This document shows, piece by piece, positions 60,748-64,000 of a DNA stretch of 64,000 bases. How positions within the stretch are numbered: the first letter of the stretch is position 1; each line of letters opens with the position of its first letter. Both the position numbers and the translations under genes were made by a program. The DNA comes from Rhodobiaceae bacterium (GTDB lineage Bacteria; Pseudomonadota; Alphaproteobacteria; Puniceispirillales; Puniceispirillaceae): NCBI GenBank assembly GCA_038138545.1, contig JAYQDX010000001.1:7750-71749 (forward strand), written 5' to 3'. The notes beneath the pieces were generated by a model. That model worked only from the letters and a program-made list of their open reading frames with translations, was not told the DNA's origin and searched no databases.

Positions 60748-63700
60748 TCAGGCCACCGCCGCGTCACGGATTCGCTCGGCGGTCTGCAAATCGACTGAAA
60801 CAAGCTTCGAGATGCCGCGCTGTTCCATCGTCACGCCGAACAGCCTGTCCATCCTCGCCATCGTCATCCGGTGGTGCGTGATGACGAGGAACCTTGTGCT
60901 TGTTTTGGTGGTGATTTCACGCAGCAGGTCACAGAATCGGGTCACATTCGTGTCATCAAGCGGCGCGTCAACCTCGTCAAGGACGCAGATCGGCGCCGGG
61001 TTGGTCAGGAACACGGCAAAGATGATCGCCAGCGCGGTCAGCGCCTGCTCACCGCCTGACAGCAGTGACAGCGACTGTAACCGCTTGCCGGGCGGCTGGG
61101 CGAGAATCTCAAGGCCGGCCTCCAGCGGGTCATCGGATTCGGTCAGTTGAAGTTCCGCCGTGCCGCCGCCGAACAGGATCTTGAACAGATCCTTGAAATG
61201 CGCATTCACCTCGGCAAAGCTGCCAAGAAGCTGTTCGCGGCCCTGCCGGTTGAGTTTGGCGATGGCGGCGCGAAGCTTTTCGATGGCGGCGACGAGATCC
61301 TCGGCTTCGGCCTCCATCGATTCGATCCGCGCGGCAACCTCGGCCATTTCGGTTTCGGCGCGAAGATTGACCGGGCCGATATTGTCGCGCTCGCGGACCA
61401 GACGTTGCACCCGCTCCTCCAGCACGCCCAACTCGGGCAGCGCGGCCGCGTCCTCGGCCTCGGCAAGTTCGGGAAGCCCGTCCGGCGTGCAACTCAGCTT
61501 TTCGCTGATCAGCTCCAGGATCACACGCCTGCTTTCATCGGCCCGCTCACGCAGGCCCTCGGCGCGGATCATCTGCTCGCGGCTTTCGGCAAGCGCGGCA
61601 TCGGCATCGCGCTGCGCGGCCTCGGCCTCTCCAAGCCCCGTCTCGGCAAGGTGCAACGCGTCGCCGGCCGCCCGGCGCTCGGCCTCGGCGGCTTCCAGCC
61701 GGTCGCCCATATCATGGCGCCGCGCGGTGATTTCGTCCGGCATGGCGGCAAGGCGTGCCTGCTCGGCCTCGGCCTCGGCAAGGCGGGCCTGCATCTGTTC
61801 AACGCGCGAGGCGGCGCCGCCCTGGCGCTGTTGCCACTGCGCCGATTCCTGTTGGCAGCTGGCAAGACGGTCACGCGCCGCGCGCAATGTTTCGGCAAGA
61901 CGTGATTCGGCCTGCATCGCCTCGGCCAGCAAGCCGCGCACCGATTCGGCCTTCTGGCGTGCTTCGCTCTCGGCCTGTGCCAGTGCCGCATCGTCGCCAA
62001 GCCGTGCCGCTTCCTCGTTGGCGGTGGCAAGATCGATGCGCATGCCGGTGGTGGCCTCGTCAAGCTCGATGGCGCGCTGACGTGCCGTGTCCAGCCGCAG
62101 CCTGGCACTCTCCTCCTTCTGGCGTGCGGTGGCTCTTGCCGCCTCGGCGCTATCGGTGGCGACGCGCTGTTCGGCGAAAGTCTCACGGGCGGCGCGAAGC
62201 GCCTCTTCGGCGGTGGTGGCGGCGTCGGCCTGTCTGGCCTCGGCGGCGGTGGCGGATGCAAGCTCGTCCTGCAGCGTTTCCAGCCGCTGGCGCTGGCGGA
62301 TCCGTTCGGCGCTGCTGTCCTGGGCGGCGCTGCGACGCACGAAACCGTCCCATCGCCAAAGGCCGCCCTCACGGGTTGTCAGCGCCTGGCCCGGTTGCAA
62401 TGACGGTTGTATGATTTGGGCTTCCGACGCGCTGTCGACAACGCCGACGCCGGCAAGTGCCGTCGCCAGTTCAGGGGCACCGCTGACAAAATCGGCCAGC
62501 GGCACGCTGCCTTCGGGCGGCGTCAATGCGCCGGCGTCGCCGCCGCCGCGCCAATAGGCTGTCTCGCCGGTTCCCGCCGGCGCGGCCAGTTCCTCGGCAA
62601 GATAGGATGTCAGCGCCTTTTCCATGCCGTCACTGACGGCCAGACTGTCGAGGATCGGTGTGTCGGCGCTGCCATCCGGGCCGGTCAGCAGATAGCTGAG
62701 CGCATCGATTTCCGCCTGCAGGCGCGCCGTCACCGTGGCCGTGTCGCGCCGCGCCGCCAGGGCGGCCTCGGCGGCCGCCTGCGCTTCGGCAAAGGCTGTC
62801 TCGGCGGCGTCCTGCTGCCGGCGCGCACCCTCGGCGTCCTTGCTTGTAGCGGTGAAATCAGCCTGTGTCAGGCTGGCCTCCTGCTCGAGCGATTCCAGCG
62901 AGATGGCGGCAAGCGCCTCGGCCGCCGCGGCAAGCCGGCCTTCCAGATCGCCAATCCTTGTCGAAAGTGCCTCGCGCGTCGCGGCGGCGGCACGGACCTG
63001 GGCGGCGGCATCGGCAAGCTCGGCCTCTGCCCCGTCAGCCTGTGCGCGGATGCTCGCCAGGTTTCGGGCCGCCTCGTCACGCTGTGGCGCGGCATCGTCA
63101 ATCTGTGTCTGCAGGGCGGTGGCTTCGGCGGCAAGCCGGGCGATCGCCTCGTCGGCATCGCTGCGAAGGCCGGTTTCGCGCGCGATATCCTCGCGCATCC
63201 GCTCCTGCTGGCGGGCGCCGCGCTCGATGGCGTCGCGGATCCGCGCTTCCTCGCGGTCAAGCTCGTCCCGGGTGATCGCCAAACGCTGATATTCCGCCGC
63301 GCGCGCCACCTCGGCCTCGCGCAATGACGGCAGGGCGGCAGCCCGCTCGGTGCGAACCGTCGCGCAGGCGGCCGCGGCGCCGGTCAACTCGGTCGTGGCG
63401 GCCTGCGCCGCTCTCATCGCGGTGTCGGCATCCGTGCGGGCTGATTCCGCGGCATGCCAGCGGGCCAGAAGAAGCTGTGCCTCGGCCTTGCGAATCCGGT
63501 CGGCGACAGAGCGGTAGCGGGCCGCCTGACGGGCCTGCTTGCGAAGTGAGTCACGTTGTTCGACAAGCCCGGCGATGACATCATCGAGCCGCTCCAGATT
63601 TGTCTCGGCGCCGCGAAGGCGCAGTTCGGCCTCATGCCGGCGGGCGTGCAGGCCGCGGATATTGGCGGCTTCCTCAAGCAGCGCGCGGCGGTCTGTCGGG

Positions 63701-64000
63701 CGGGCACCGACAATGGCACCGATGCGCCCCTGCGAGACGATCCCCGAGGAGCGCGCGCCTGTCGCCGAATCGGCGAACAGTAGCTGCACATCCTTGGCCC
63801 GCGCCGGCTTGGCATTGACGAAATAGCTGCTTCCCTTGCCACGCTCGATCTTGCGCGTGATCTCCAGCTCGTCCTCATTGTTGAACTCGCTTGGCGCGCT
63901 GCGGTTGCTGTTGTCGAGTTGCAAGGTGATCTCGGCAAGGTTGCGGGCCGGACGCTGTTCGGTGCCGGAAAAGATCACATCATCCATTTCCGCGCCGCGC
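60748..64000 (-). CDS. smc: Chromosome segregation protein SMC (5' end outside the window)
   Basis: MDDVIF.G, long coiled coils, LSGGEQ signature, LDEVDAPLD Walker B/D-loop, ITH. Confidence 0.97.
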   Translation of the reverse strand, partial: RGAEMDDVIFSGTEQRPARNLAEITLQLDNSNRSAPSEFNNEDELEITRKIERGKGSSYFVNAKPARAKDVQLLFADSATGARSSGIVSQGRIGAIVGARPTDRRALLEEAANIRGLHARRHEAELRLRGAETNLERLDDVIAGLVEQRDSLRKQARQAARYRSVADRIRKAEAQLLLARWHAAESARTDADTAMRAAQAATTELTGAAAACATVRTERAAALPSLREAEVARAAEYQRLAITRDELDREEARIRDAIERGARQQERMREDIARETGLRSDADEAIARLAAEATALQTQIDDAAPQRDEAARNLASIRAQADGAEAELADAAAQVRAAAATREALSTRIGDLEGRLAAAAEALAAISLESLEQEASLTQADFTATSKDAEGARRQQDAAETAFAEAQAAAEAALAARRDTATVTARLQAEIDALSYLLTGPDGSADTPILDSLAVSDGMEKALTSYLAEELAAPAGTGETAYWRGGGDAGALTPPEGSVPLADFVSGAPELATALAGVGVVDSASEAQIIQPSLQPGQALTTREGGLWRWDGFVRRSAAQDSSAERIRQRQRLETLQDELASATAAEARQADAATTAEEALRAARETFAEQRVATDSAEAARATARQKEESARLRLDTARQRAIELDEATTGMRIDLATANEEAARLGDDAALAQAESEARQKAESVRGLLAEAMQAESRLAETLRAARDRLASCQQESAQWQQRQGGAASRVEQMQARLAEAEAEQARLAAMPDEITARRHDMGDRLEAAEAERRAAGDALHLAETGLGEAEAAQRDADAALAESREQMIRAEGLRERADESRRVILELISEKLSCTPDGLPELAEAEDAAALPELGVLEERVQRLVRERDNIGPVNLRAETEMAEVAARIESMEAEAEDLVAAIEKLRAAIAKLNRQGREQLLGSFAEVNAHFKDLFKILFGGGTAELQLTESDDPLEAGLEILAQPPGKRLQSLSLLSGGEQALTALAIIFAVFLTNPAPICVLDEVDAPLDDTNVTRFCDLLREITTKTSTRFLVITHHRMTMARMDRLFGVTMEQRGISKLVSVDLQTAERIRDAAVA

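Noticed and set aside
60748-64000. SMC as part of a Wadjet/MksBEF defence system
   Set aside because: Canonical housekeeping SMC next to the atp operon; no jet/mks partner genes visible in the window.

Overview
High-GC alphaproteobacterial chromosome segment; gene order and content suggest a Rhodospirillales/SAR116-like marine lineage, but this is an inference. It is almost entirely core housekeeping: psd-pssA, fur, moaA, gluQ, coq7/dsbB, tRNA-Leu(CAA), mscS, ribF-ileS-lspA-mutL, rsmD/rluB/tadA, purD/xseA, a lipid A-Kdo cluster (lpxL, lpxK, waaA, DUF374-like, GT9, msbA), pmbA/tldD, argC, ubiA, rsmE, gshA, an aa3-type cytochrome c oxidase operon (coxB-coxA-ctaB-small ORF-ctaG-coxC-surf1-thrC-M16 peptidase), dsbD/prx, ispH-thrB-rnhA, the F0 ATP synthase operon and a partial smc. 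I found no mobile element, CRISPR array, prophage or defence island, and no convincing new multi-gene system. The most unusual signal is in the cytochrome c oxidase: three normally conserved acidic residues of the non-redox Mg2+/Mn2+ site are replaced together across two subunits, while the proton channels stay canonical. Other points of interest are an unannotated alpha-r8/suhB (MmgR-like) sRNA with its own promoter and terminator, an orphan HEXXH/PWExEA protein resembling myophage proteins, compact divergent promoters predicting leaderless mRNAs, and matching sigma32-like promoters on tldD and pmbA. All calls come from motif recognition by eye, without database searches.
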